Of a DNA stretch of 55,379 bases, positions 11,893-23,963 are shown in pieces (positions within the stretch are counted from its first letter, which is position 1; each line of letters starts with the position of its first letter). The stretch lies in the NCBI GenBank assembly GCA_032718475.1, contig JAUCBJ010005274.1:1-55379 (forward strand). The letters are read 5' to 3'. The position numbers and the translations under genes were made by a program. Source of the DNA: Nemertoderma westbladi (lineage: Eukaryota > Animalia > Xenacoelomorpha). The notes beneath the pieces were generated by a model. It saw nothing but the letters and a program-made list of their open reading frames with translations, was not told the origin of the DNA and made no database searches.

Positions 11893-14800
11893 TTAGTCTT
11901 TCTTACGCGGACGGCGTTTACGCAGTTTTTTGAGGCTAGCAAGAGTCCTTTTCTCTTTGGGGCGAGCCACTTTACTAGGAGGGCTATAACTCCTGGGTAA
12001 AGGGTGCAATACAATTGTATCAGAAGGTTTAGGATTACAATCGGTGTATCCGCCGGTCGAGGTACCTGGTTGATCGATATCAACTTCAGTGGAGCGAGGT
12101 CTAACGGCCTTTAGGGCGCGTCTTAGGACAGCAGCTCCTACTGGTCCCTGACGAGTCGTCTGGACAATAGCGGTAGGTGGACCGTGAGTGGTGAGAAACT
12201 TCCTCGGTTTAATGGTTCTTTCCAGCTCGCGTTCTCTGGCTCGATATTCGTAGGGCCGTCGAGATACTTCCTGCAACTCAGGGTGCGAGTTGATAAATAA
12301 ATCGCCATACTCAGGGTCTTGACAGATGAAATTGATCAAATGGTATGAATTAATATCGTTAGGATTGACGTTCCTGAGATATTTTCGAACAAATTTGGTG
12401 GAAATACACTCACCAACACGCTTCATTAGTTCGTAACTCGGTGTGCGTGTTTTTTGTTCAACAGATGCGAATAGATAAGGATGGAATGCGTAAACTCCCT
12501 CGTAGGCGCGTCCAGGGTAATAGCGATGGCGTGACTCACAATGCAAATCCGCGTTCGCTTCCCAAGCTCGGATGTAGCGCAGGGTAATCATCTCATCTAC
12601 GCTTTCCAAATCGCGGTTAAAAGGGCAATTAAAACTGGCATGTCCTTTAAGTTGACAGTGGTTGCATTGAGTCATAAATTGGGGGCAAACTGCAAAAATG
12701 TGCGAGTTATTGAGTCTGCAATACGCACAATAGATCTCCATCATCGGTTGTTCGTGGAAATAGGAGCAGGGTACGTCTGAGTCCATAGGGGTGAAATGAT
12801 CTCTCGATGCGCATAATCGGCATCGTTTTCGAGAAACATAGTTGGCGTGCCGATAATCGTATGCGGTGAGACATTGTGGACCTTGATACCATTCCAAGAC
12901 GTAGTCGTTATCGCTGCTCCGGGGCGCTGTAGGCTGAATCTCCTCAGATTCTAAGCATATTGGTTCGTCTTCCAATTGCATAGCTGAGATAGGTGCGGCT
13001 GTCTCCGCAAGCGAACCCACTGTCTGAACTTCCACGACAGAATAACCCGTGGGTATTCAAGGTCTTTGTATAACAGATGAATGTAAGTTCTGTATACAAA
13101 CGTCCTTGAAAAGGGCGAATCCCGCGCTGTCTAACTTCTCTGCAGCTGAGTCTCTTAGGCTGAGTTTGGTCAGAGCGCGGTCCTTGAACTGACTATCAAC
13201 GTTACGGAACGGAGTCAGAAAGCGCCTGAAACATTCGAAGCGGATGAATTTATTGTGCTCATCTAGCTTGGATGGGCGCGTATGGTACGACTGCACACAT
13301 CGGCTAGCCAACCGGCAAGTGCGGCGTTTTCAAAGATCGTGTATATAGCTAAGGAGGGACGAAGTGGAACACTCATAAAGCTATACACGGCGCCAGGTGC
13401 GGTCAATGGTCCGTCAAAGTATAATCGAAAATAATGATCTCCATATACTTGTTGGTAGTTGATAGGATTTCCAACCTTGAAATTCCATCCGTATTCTTGA
13501 AAGGCAAGATGTCCGATGGAGGTTCGTTGTACTTTAGTAATGCCGCTTGGTGTATTTGCATACATAGTGCGGAAGAAACCTCGGCCTTCTGCCCAGGGAG
13601 CAATCAGCTGAGTATCGACGAAAGGGTATGGAATGTTCTCCATGTTCCGAAAGTCGTTTTGGAGATCTCCATAAACAGCTGAGCCGATTTTAAGGATTCT
13701 TTCGTTAAACAACATCTCGAGCACGGGCTGGGGTAACATCGATCCATCGATACCCATGGCCGGTTTGCGCTCGGTGTCGGTGACGTAACGCTGCGCGAGT
13801 TCGAATTGTCCATGTCGGAGTTTCTTTTGTATCTCGGTAAGGGTCTCAAAAGAATAATCAATCACATCGGAACACGCTCGAGTAAATACGTGGGTAGAAC
13901 CAGCTAGTCCTCGTATGTGTATCATTCGCGTAGTTCCCAGTTCTCCAACCGGAACGCTACCTTCGTTATCGTAAGTGACAACTCCATACATCTCGATAAC
14001 GTTAAGAGTCTCATTCCACTCTTTAGTGGCGTTTTCTAGAGTCATTCCCACCGGATGCCACAAGGTAGCGCATTCGCTAGCATTAGGTAGATCTCTATAC
14101 TTTAAATATTGTATAGTATATGTCTCTACATCTCCATATCTTTGTATTCTTTCATCCTCGAATAACACGTCGAGATTCCAGTGTACTAATCGAGTTTTGA
14201 TGAATCCATCAAGATTATACGGAGGTATTGTCTCTTTCTCTATCCTGGAAACATTATAGGGTTTTCGAAATGAGTTTACTTTAACTAACTGATCAAGATG
14301 TTTCTGCAGTTGTTCGAGTTCGACAAGATCGAGAGGATTTATTAGTGGTAGAAACCTCAGACTATGTGTAGGATCTTCCGGTTTTACCATGTAATATTGC
14401 GTTAGATTGACGTAATAAGGGTGATCTTTGATCCCATAAAACGAGTTCGGTAAAGGTCTAGCGCGTATGTTAACATCGTGTACCATACGACGGACAAGAT
14501 CCGCTCTATTGTCCGGAGGTTCAACGAGTATACCATCGACACGAGCGGCCTCGATTGGCGGACGTTGCAACATGGGAGCGTCAGCGATAAGATCTCGAGA
14601 TCTTAGGTTGATATCAACTGGTTGAGGCTGTGCCGTGGCGAAGAGTTTGTCTCCGAAATGGGGAACCATCGAAGGATGGATGATGGTTTTAGAATAGAGA
14701 TCCGTCATAAGAATTTGAGCTTCTGGCTGGGCTAAAGCTGCTTCTTCTCTCTCATCCATTTCTATGTGTTTCTCCTCGAGCTGATTTTCCTCCGCTTGTT

Positions 14801-16121
14801 GTTGTAAACGCTCGTCTAGGAACTCTTGTAAAGAGTAGGTTCGTCCACGTTCGATGTCTTCTTTGAGATTCTGGATTTCTCTATTGAACTGGGGTAAAGC
14901 TAATTCTTTCACCGCTTGAACTTGTTGCTGCAATTTGCGTTTCTCTAAACAATCGTAAGTTCCTTTTCCGATCTTCTGCCGAATAGCGTCTAACGCGTTT
15001 CGGACAACACTCTCTTCGACTTCGGTAACGGGTTGTATCGGGGTTAAGCCTGGACGGTTGTACGGGTTAAACGGCGATATTAGATGACCGCGTCCTAATC
15101 CGGCTAGGTAGGGTTGGCGAATATCTAGTGAGCCCACTACCGGAGTACCACCGATCAACTGTTCGGGTAACACAAGATCTTTAAATAGTGAGTACAGTTC
15201 AGGGGGATCCGTTATACTATTAGGATCAAACGTTTGAGGTCTCTCTGAGGAATGAGGAGTTCTGACCGAGTATTCCGGAACTCTGATCATTGGTTTATTC
15301 AAGGATCGTTTGAGTCGAGCGAGAGTAGGTGATACGTCGAACAGGTTTCGCTCGAAACTCCCATAAGTATATCATGTAAAACTGTGTTTAGCGCAATGTC
15401 TCCGCGGATGTTTATGTCTTTCCGTTTGCTGATTGGGCCTAGGGCATTCGTCACAGTAATACCAAAGACGCACGTCCTGCAGGGGAAACGCGGGTGATCG
15501 TTCTCCAGTTTTACAATATTCCTCCATCTGTTCGAAGCTATCTGGGATGACAGGTAGCGGTCAATCGGCGGTAAGATACATCATAGTGAAATAGAGTCGT
15601 TTGAGTTCTATCATAGGGTCATGATGTATACCTTGAGGATATCGAGTTTCTAGATTTTGTTGACTGGCAATATTGAGATATGTTTCTCTCAGGAATTCCA
15701 GATAATCGTTGAAGTCGCTGCGTTTATCCGGCTCTTCAATGTCTTCCCTTTCGAGTCTGTTTCGAATAGAATTCTTGTGTTCTATTCTCGGTTTATCGTT
15801 CCGACTCCGCTGGGTATGATATTTAAATAAAACCATTTCCCTTTCGGTGTCTACATCGTCCGTATCGTGTAAATCGATAGGATGGCCAGTAGTTAAGAAG
15901 TCCATATACGTACCATTACGATGCGTATAGCGAGTGGTGAATTTTCTATAATTCAATTCACGCGTAAGTTGCTCCTGGGACATTGGCGGTTCGATATAAC
16001 GACCATCGTCCTCTGTAGTAGTTGGACCAGCGTCGCCGCGTATCAAGCTATCAACAAACGCTTGTAAAGGTAGAGTATATCGCTCCCTGATACCAAGATC
16101 ATCTTCTATCAACTCAGTCAT
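11893..16121 (-). pseudogene. Accessory (env-position) gene of family A, ~1400 codons: DEDDy/WRN-like 3'-5' exonuclease plus tandem CCHC zinc knuckles and basic tail
   Basis: ORFs 15561..16121 and 13263..15302 are in one frame, separated by TGA at 15561 and 15372 (CGA and CGT in copy A2). ORFs 13057..13311 and 11893..13035 share a second frame, so one frameshift lies near 13320. Motifs VVTYDNEG, LPQPVLEMLFNERILKIGSAVYGDL, FVDTQ, PLRPSLAIYTIFE; knuckles CAYC-x5-H-x4-C and CNHC-x4-H-x4-C. Confidence 0.7.
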
Positions 16122-17755
16122 ATCTGCTATATGAGTTTATCAATATTATAATGAGTTTATATTTAGGCTAGCGGGCGTTGCTGCCTACCCCTCTCTGCCC
16201 CCGGACAGTGCAAGATCCTCAGCGCCGATGTACCGTCGTCGCTGTGTTTTCGCCAACGTAGTAGCTACACAACGACAACGATAACCGGCACAAGTCACTC
16301 CACTGTCCGTCCCAAAGGCTTAGATTTACTTCAGGTTCTTGCTGCAGAGTTAGGGCTACTTTCACAATTGCGACTCGCTACTGTAAACACACTTTAGTAG
16401 TAACATTCACCTATAAACGCACAAATTCCACACAACTGTCACAAATTGTACACATTCGGGCCATTTGTCCGTTAGTCAGGGCCTTCCAGAATGCCACGTT
16501 ATTATTATGTATACTTGGATACTAGCCGTGTGCTATTTATTCCCTATGCTATTCAATGGGGCAAGCTTTCTATTGTTCTTTTAACTCACTTCTAATTCTA
16601 GCGTGGTTGTTGCTATGGTGACATTATGGAAAGCTAGCGGTAGAATTAGGGTAATTCTCATGCATACAGATCTGGGATGCTATTTAATAGTAATTCTTTA
16701 ATTGTCAATATCCTCTTTATACATGATTTTATAAATTTTATCGGCTATTGACCATATGTTGGAGATTTTCGCACACTAATACACTTGATAGGGTGAATCT
16801 CCGCTCCCATGATCTATTATTTAATGGAATTTTGGGAATGTTATAAATTGTATAAAAATGACAACTTATCAAATTCATTAAAATATGAATTTAAATTTAT
16901 TCCCGTAAATTTTATTATTTAATATTAAATAGACACAATTTTATTCCAGAACATGTCTGGGGACTGGGATCCTTGATTCTAGGAAATTGGTCTTTTTAAG
17001 AATATCGGTAAGTACTACGATATCTTAATAGACTAGAATTTTAAAGGATCTAAAATTTGACAGATTTTGTAAATATTAATAATTAATATTTAGGATGGGC
17101 ACCAGTTTATTCCAGAACTTGTCTGGGGACATTAACCACTGATTCTAGAAATTTGTCTTTCAAGTATATCGGTGGGTGCCGCGATATCTTAGTCGACTAG
17201 AATTGCAGATGGTCAAAGGGTTTAACAGATTTATTTTGCGTTGTACGCTACTGTTAAAGGGACATCACGCTACTATATGTATTATTTAATATACGGTATG
17301 AGAGCAATATCGCAAGAAGCAATGTCAGTGAGAAGAGGCAAGTCGTTTCCAAGGTCTACCCAGAGCTTGGTTTAGCCGAGACACGAGGATCTGAATTTTG
17401 CATTCCTAATACTCTACTTTACCAATAATACTTGAACATAGTAGGAGCTTTATTGTACTTTAATAAGTACGGACATTTCATCTTACTGTAGTCACATATT
17501 TATAATGTACTACGGACAGTAAGGAAAGAGAAAAAAGAATTATTTCTCGCCGTCGCATTAAATATATAATATATAAGTAATTAATAAACACTAATATATA
17601 TTGCACTAATCTACTAAATAATCGCTAAAATAACATTCTACTAAATAAAATTAAAGAAAACGATTATAATAAAATTACATAATAATACATACATAAATAT
17701 AAAACAATAAAAACAAATATAAAATAATATAGTCACACACCCACTCCAGACGCTG

Positions 17756-19074
17756 TTACGTTGGGGAGTCCCTAGATGTTTGTTGGATTAGGGAGGTGGT
17801 CGTGGGAAGAGTATCTTGCCTTCCATAGTTTCCGGACAGTTCTCGGTCTCTTTCCAGTAAACATAAACGACCAACTGGGAGATTGAGTTGTTGTGTTTCG
17901 AATACAATTCCAGGTTTCCTCTTCGTCCTGGAATAGTGACGATAGAAACATCGCTTCAAATACACGACGGCCTTACAAAGCCGATTCCAGGATCTATAGT
18001 GGTCCATCGCTCCCGGTAGGAGAGGTGAGAGTCCCGGCGAGACGTCTGGTGTTCCAGATCTCCAGTCTCTCTCTCTGATCTCCACAACAGATCGGTTCGC
18101 GGTGGGGGAGTTTAGATCCACAGTGTCGTCCCTGGCAATGTGTAGTACAGACAGATCTATCACGGGTTTAAATAACCTTGATTTACTCGTCCGGGTTTTA
18201 GGTTTGACTTTCTCCGCTCCCTTGGCTTGTCTAATCTCAGCCGTGGTACGATGGGGAGGCCATTCATCTTCTTTACTTAGGAAGTCGGGTCCACCTAACC
18301 AGTCTGGAGTATCTGTCAGTTCTTGAGGAGTTGCTCCTCTGGAAGCGATGTCGACTAGATTAATCGTCTCGGGGCAATGTCTCCATTGATCTACATTGGA
18401 GTTAATATCGTCATTATCTGAGGAGTATGGTGTTCCCTCAGTTGGGTCGTCCACTCACTGCTCTCCGCTTCCCATTCACTTACTTGGTAGACCCCTTCTT
18501 TGGGTAACCTTTCCATGAGAGTTCTACGGGAAGGGCCAGTAAAGTACCAACCTACTCTAGTTCTTCCCGCATAGGCTTGTAGTGGTTGCGGTTGAGCAGG
18601 CCGTTTCTCCAATGTCTCAAGCGCTTCATGCGCATTTTGGCCGATGAGTATTTGCACTCCAGGGTAGTCTGTGTTGAATCTAGGTATCTTAAGCTGCTGG
18701 GTGAAATCGTCCTCATCCCAGTTATAAGGTTCTACTTGGCTGGTAGCGAAGTTCTTTATCGCCACCATTTTTACTGACCTTATACTGTGTTCTCCTAGTT
18801 CATCCTGGGGGGTGGACAACGCACCTACATAATAATCTGCTATTACTGTAGATTTCCAAACCTGCATAATTCCTGACATGTTTAACTTAGTTCGGAACTT
18901 GGGTTGTCCAGCAAAGATGTCTTCGGCTAGTTCTTTGTCGATGAATGTTCCTGTGCTACCGGAGTCAAGGAGGGCGTTCACTATATAACTCCTTTCAGGT
19001 CCGTGGACCCTCAACTGCACTACGGGAAATTCTCGGATTCCTACATTGGAAGTTGGTGCTTTCCAAGATGGTTG
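17756..19074 (-). pseudogene. pol: A1 pol remnant (aspartic protease, RNase H-adjacent segment, integrase tail)
   Basis: ALLDSGSTGTFI protease motif; WRHCP..NLVDIASRG Pao motif; internal deletions relative to A2. Confidence 0.85.
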
Positions 19075-20632
19075 TCAGTCAGAAGTAGTTGGGGGGAGCT
19101 CACTGTCGGTGTCCTTTTCATACGTAAGTGCTCGATATACTGCGGTATTTATCAGGTAACAGGATTCGTTTTTGTCGGAGAATTCGTCCGTATAGAATCC
19201 TTCCATCTCAGAACTTTGGTCAGTGTCGTTCACATCACTGAATTGGACATGTAGTTCGGACTCACTTACCTGACTCGGGCTGTTTCGTTCGAATTCAGTG
19301 TGCAACAAGATATGATGTTTTGCGCCGCACTTCGCACACCTTGCATCGGAGTAACAGGTTCGCCGTTGGTGTCCTTGTCTGAGGCAATTATAACACAACC
19401 GCTTATCCCACATGACTTCCCATCTATCCTTTAATGATTTCTTTAGGAATTCATCACACACATTCAAACGGTGGGGCCCGTCACACAGCGCACATTTCGG
19501 TTTGATGTTACTTACCTTATTTTGAGTAACGTTGTGCACACTCGTTCTTTCCTCGGGCTTTCTTCCATGAGTTCTCTTAGGAGACGTAGGAGGAGTTTTT
19601 CTTACCTGTTCTCTCCTGTCATTGGTTCGAGACTTGAATTTACTTACGTCCTTAGTCGCTTTGTTGTCATAGTAAGATCTTTCAGTGTCTTTCCCGCTGT
19701 CTTCCTCTTGAGAAGCCTGGCTTTCGCCGTCGTCTGTATAACACACTGGTATTACCTTTCTCCTAGAAACGGGTTTCTCACTTACCTTATTTTCCGGTGT
19801 TTTCTCTCTGGACTGTTTTACGAGCTGTAATTTTACCTCTCCATCTGAGAATGACATGAGATCAGCCATGGTAGGGTCTCTTCGTTGTTGTTCCATCATA
19901 TATAACACTTTCTTGTACCAGCATGTACCTACTCCACCCTTAGGTAAAGTAGAGGCCACGGCTCCAATAACCATAGAACTCTGATATTCATGAGACTTAC
20001 CTAGCCAATCTAATTGTCTACAGATCTCCTGAATCTCATCGGAAAACTCTATAATCCCGCTGCTAATGAACTTTCGGGGCGCTACCAATTTTGCATACAA
20101 ATACCTAGCTATGTTATTCCTAGTACCATACCTGATGTTTAGTGTATCCCAAACTTGTCTTAACCCATCTGGATGTCCAATAAACTTTAACGCCATTAAC
20201 TTGGGAGATCTTTCCAAGCACTCGATGAGGAATCTCAGTTTCTCTCCGTTAGATAGCACAGAGTTCTGTATGTTATCTTTGTAATATTCATTAAAAGGTA
20301 ACCATTTCATCTCATCTCCATTAAACTTGACGATCTCTCCCACCTTTACTGCTTGACGGGCTTCGGTTCTAGCCATTTGACGCGTAAAACTTTCTTGGGC
20401 CATCGTATTATTTAATATCGAGTTATCGGTATATAAATTTCTCGGATTATGATCAGGTCTATATGGAATATCATTGTCAACAGGTTTATAATTACCCTTA
20501 ATAGGGTTTACTATAGGAGTTTCTACTTCACTAGCAGTATAGATGCGTGTAGGCTCCACACCTTGCGCATGAAATACTTCAGACCTAACAGGTTGACACA
20601 TTGTTACCGGGGTTGGTGGTATACCCTTTTGT
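19075..20632 (-). CDS. gag: A1 Gag (5'-truncated): BEL/Pao capsid-like domain plus three Cys/His knuckles
   Basis: KFNGDEMKWLPF..EKLRFLIECL; CALCDGPHRLNVC, CYNCLRQGHQRRTC, CAKCGAKHHILLH, the triple-knuckle pattern of BEL/Pao. Confidence 0.85.
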
Positions 20633-21600
20633 GTATTTACTCAAACCGATTTTCATATTTTTTTCAACATTTTACTTCAATTGGTCCCAGAAATACAGAT
20701 AAAATTTCAAATACCTAAACACCTATATATCCAATCAAAAAAATGAAATATTATACCCGGGTAACAGATACACAGAGCTGTGAGAGCGCATTGATGTCGA
20801 TGTGAGATCGCGGGCATAACCCCGACAACTGAGAGCAATACCTGTACTTTATATTGGATGTAGATAAGATGTCACAACAAAGAATGAATACTCCGTACAA
20901 CTGGTAAACATTTCAGCACATAGCATAGCTAGTTCATCAATTTCGACGAGATTTTATCCAGATTCACTAAAGAAGACGAAAATAATTCACATTTTTAAAC
21001 CCGCGGATACCAATGGACAAATATACACCATATACCCGTAATATAGTGTCATTTTCTGATGACACGGACCCCCCCCCCCCAAATTTGTCTACAAATCTTT
21101 ATCATATTGCTTGAAATTTGAAACACAACTAGTTCAACTCACCGTAGTTGTTACCATGAAGCCAAAATTTTCGATTTCGCCTTTAAATTTTTTTTATAAG
21201 CGTTTTAAAAAAGTGTCTTTTGCGATTTCGCATCCTTCATATCATTGCCATTCTTCACTTTAGTCGTAATTTTTTCATATCAATAGAAGCTTGCGTTGAA
21301 AGGATTCCAAATATGTAACAATATATGAATTTCATTGAGAAACAGCTGAGATAAAGGCGTTCAAATATTGTAAGAATTATAGTTCGCTGCAGGCCATTTA
21401 TTCTAGTTTATAAATACACAAATTTTTTTTTATTTTTTCAAAATTATTTATTTTATGAGTTGTTAGGCAACAGTGGAATGCCTATACAATATCTGTATTG
21501 CATAGTTAATCATACATAAACAAATTGTTCCGGAATATTGTGTGTTTATTAAATAGAATAAATGGCCTGCAGCGAACAATAATTCTTTCAATCTTCGAAA
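20633..21600. mobile_element. Probable non-autonomous DNA-transposon (MITE-like) segment
   Basis: Non-coding; begins exactly where A1 gag is truncated; contains an internal inverted repeat (21365-21425 vs 21535-21595, also 9350-9410 vs 9515-9578); termini not identified. Confidence 0.4.
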
Positions 21601-21649
21601 GATTAAATCAGTCCAAATATAAACAAAACACAATAATCTAAAATAATTC

Positions 21650-23336
21650 CTAAAATGTCCTCCCGGCGATCTTAGAGTTCATCCTGCTGGTCTCTAGTCC
21701 ATAACTCTGAGCGCTAATGCTAATGGTAGGCTCACAAGCCTTCCTTTCTCCACAATCTCGCTCCTCAATGCCAATGGTAGGCTCGCAAGCCTTCCTTCCT
21801 CCACAACCTCGCTCCTTAACGTTTTGTCGAGCGAGCTCAACCTCGCCCTTTAATATGATTGGGGGGTGGTTGAGGTCGAACTGGGCTCAGGCTCCAGTGT
21901 CGAATTGTCTGTGGTTCCAAAACGCTGGGAATCGGAATGACTGGCGTCTCACGCACATCCGTCGGGCGCTTAATCCATGAAATCCTCATCCGATCCCAAT
22001 CTTTCGCTTAGTCGGATCAGATGGAGTATCTGCGACGCTTGGAGGGAGTTTGAGGGGCAGAACTAAGCCATCCGCAGACACCTCCTTCTCAGACGTTGTC
22101 GTAACCCTCATGGGTTCGGGCAAAGGGAATCCTGTCCCTCCGTGCGGTTCTCTAGGAGGGGAAATGGTGCCTCGGGTCATCCGGATATGCGATTTGGAAG
22201 TCATCCTCTCGGTGATATTTACTGTCTTCTTGATCTCTTGGCTGGCCTTTTGGGCTTTAAGTATGCGGTATTGTGCGTCTTCCTGGGGGTGGCGTATTCT
22301 CTCTGGCAATGGTTTCGCCTTAAAACCAGTTTCACGTAGAATGTCTGCTTCGTCTAGTATACACGAGGTCACGCGTTTGTGATAGAACGCGCTCCGGTAT
22401 GCCCAAGCAATAGAATGCCAGGCTCCCCGATTTCGCTGTTCGACTCACAACTTGTTGAACTCTCCGGGGTTATCTGGTTCACCACAGTTTGAAAGTTCCA
22501 AGTATTCTTGTTATCTGGGTGAACTTGGAGGAAATAATTGCGTACGACTTTAAATCCGCTATCTAGTGGCAATATGTCGAGTACCTCCAATAATTTGTCG
22601 TACTGAGGCATCGCTGATACTTTGACATTATTATAGGGTTAGCGGCCCAGAATCCTAGATGCACTCTCATAGGGAAACGTCATCGCTGCGTCGATATATG
22701 CTCGTCCACTAAGTCCTCCCAATGGTCAAATAGCTGCCACATTATCTTCACCGACATATGCTCGTAGGGGACGTCTCGGAGTTGACATTCCGACGTTCAT
22801 TCGATGTTATAGTAGGTGCATTGAACCACAAAGCTCCAACAGGTGTAGAAAGTGTGGGACTGCTGATCCCCACACCAGTTGCACACTAAATCTGGTAGAG
22901 AGATATGCTTTGCTCCACATTTCTTGGCATGATGCCCTGTAGTCCCACATCTGCCCTAAATGGTGTTGGCAGGGTACCAAAAGCATTCGTAGATGGGATC
23001 TCCTATAATCTACTACTGTTCTTGTGATAGTCTTCATCATCGGGGTCAGTCGGTACGTTCGTCTCCGTAGGTTATACACAAACCATGGCATCACAAACCA
23101 ATTGTACACAAACCATGATCTTGGTTTGCATCTTCCTCGGAAGGTTCTCCTCTATCTCAATAACTTGCCACAACGGCTCGTCAATTATCATGGACTCGGT
23201 CGGATCTTCATCAGGATGATGAACGGTAGGTGTGCGCGCCTTCCATGATCCTTCCAGGTCCTTAATCTCCGCGTGGCGTTCCCCATCATAGGGTACTAAC
23301 GTTAACATCGACGGTCTGTCGACTAGACTTCCCGCG
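21650..23336 (-). pseudogene. Family B fragment: diverged homologue of the family A accessory gene C-terminal (zinc-knuckle) region
   Basis: Manual translation CNWCGDQQSHTFYTCWSFVVQC...HWEDLVDEHISTQR*RFPMRVHLGFWAANP...PQY...KVVRNYFLQVHPDNKNTW aligns with CAYCRLNNSHIFAVCPQFMTQC...AWEANADLHCESRHRYYPGRAYEGVYAFHP...PSY...KFVRKYLRNVNPNDINSY. Confidence 0.7.
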
Positions 23337-23963
23337 TGGGTTTTAATAAAGTTATTACAGTAGATTTATACTATTTTATACTGTATACTTCTTTTGGTGA
23401 AGGTTTGCTACCGGTACAGTGCTGATAGATGATTATTGATTGAGAGACAAGACAGCAAGCAGATTATTATATTTTAGTATTGTCTGACAGCTGACCCCTT
23501 TTTCTTGTTGCTTTAGCTGACTGCCGGATGCAGTCAGCATTATGTTCGACTGAAGGCTAACTGTTGGATACAGTCAGCACTTATATATTAGTATATTAGT
23601 ATATAGTGTTTGGGAATACTGTTTGGCATTTTGGTGAATACTGGAATACTGCAGTACTGGACTGGAGTAATTAATCAGATAGGCTCAAACTGCAAACTGT
23701 TATATTTGGATACAGTGAACTGCGTATTCAACGGACGTACCTGTATCTACGGTCAGACGGTTAGGCCTAACGAGCCTATTGGTGGTCTACCTATATCAGT
23801 ATATTCATATTGCTGTATTAGTCAGTACCGTATATAACGGTACCGGTACTGCATTTCTGCATTCGGAAATAAACTGGAATTGTGACACAACGCAAATTAC
23901 GAAGTCAATCCGGCCAGAAATATTTTGTAATTTAATCTACCTAACCTAGGCCTTGTAGATAGA

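Larger units (their letters stand above)
10625..20632 (-). mobile_element. BEL/Pao LTR retrotransposon family A, copy A1 (5'-truncated; RT/RNase H and integrase core deleted; accessory gene region complete)
   Basis: Collinear with 31614-42095. Junctions at ~17920 and ~18395 remove the equivalents of ~36177-37574 and ~38051-39824. Confidence 0.9.

Noticed and set aside
12590-12850. Captured nanos gene
   Set aside because: Cys/His spacing is C-x2-C-x4/5-H-x4-C, not the nanos C-x2-C-x12-H-x10-C pattern.
11893-16121. Envelope (env) gene
   Set aside because: No signal peptide or transmembrane anchor visible; motifs indicate a nuclease and nucleic-acid-binding knuckles.
16202-16309. SECIS element or hammerhead ribozyme (GUGA/UGAG, CUGAGGA, GAAA)
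   Set aside because: It lies upstream of the cargo ORF, helix geometry does not fit SECIS, the cargo TGA codons are Arg in A2, GAAA is not conserved in A2, and I could not build hammerhead stems.
23337-23430. PBS or self-priming signal for family C
   Set aside because: Only a short LTR remnant is present and its 3' boundary is ambiguous, so it cannot be tested.
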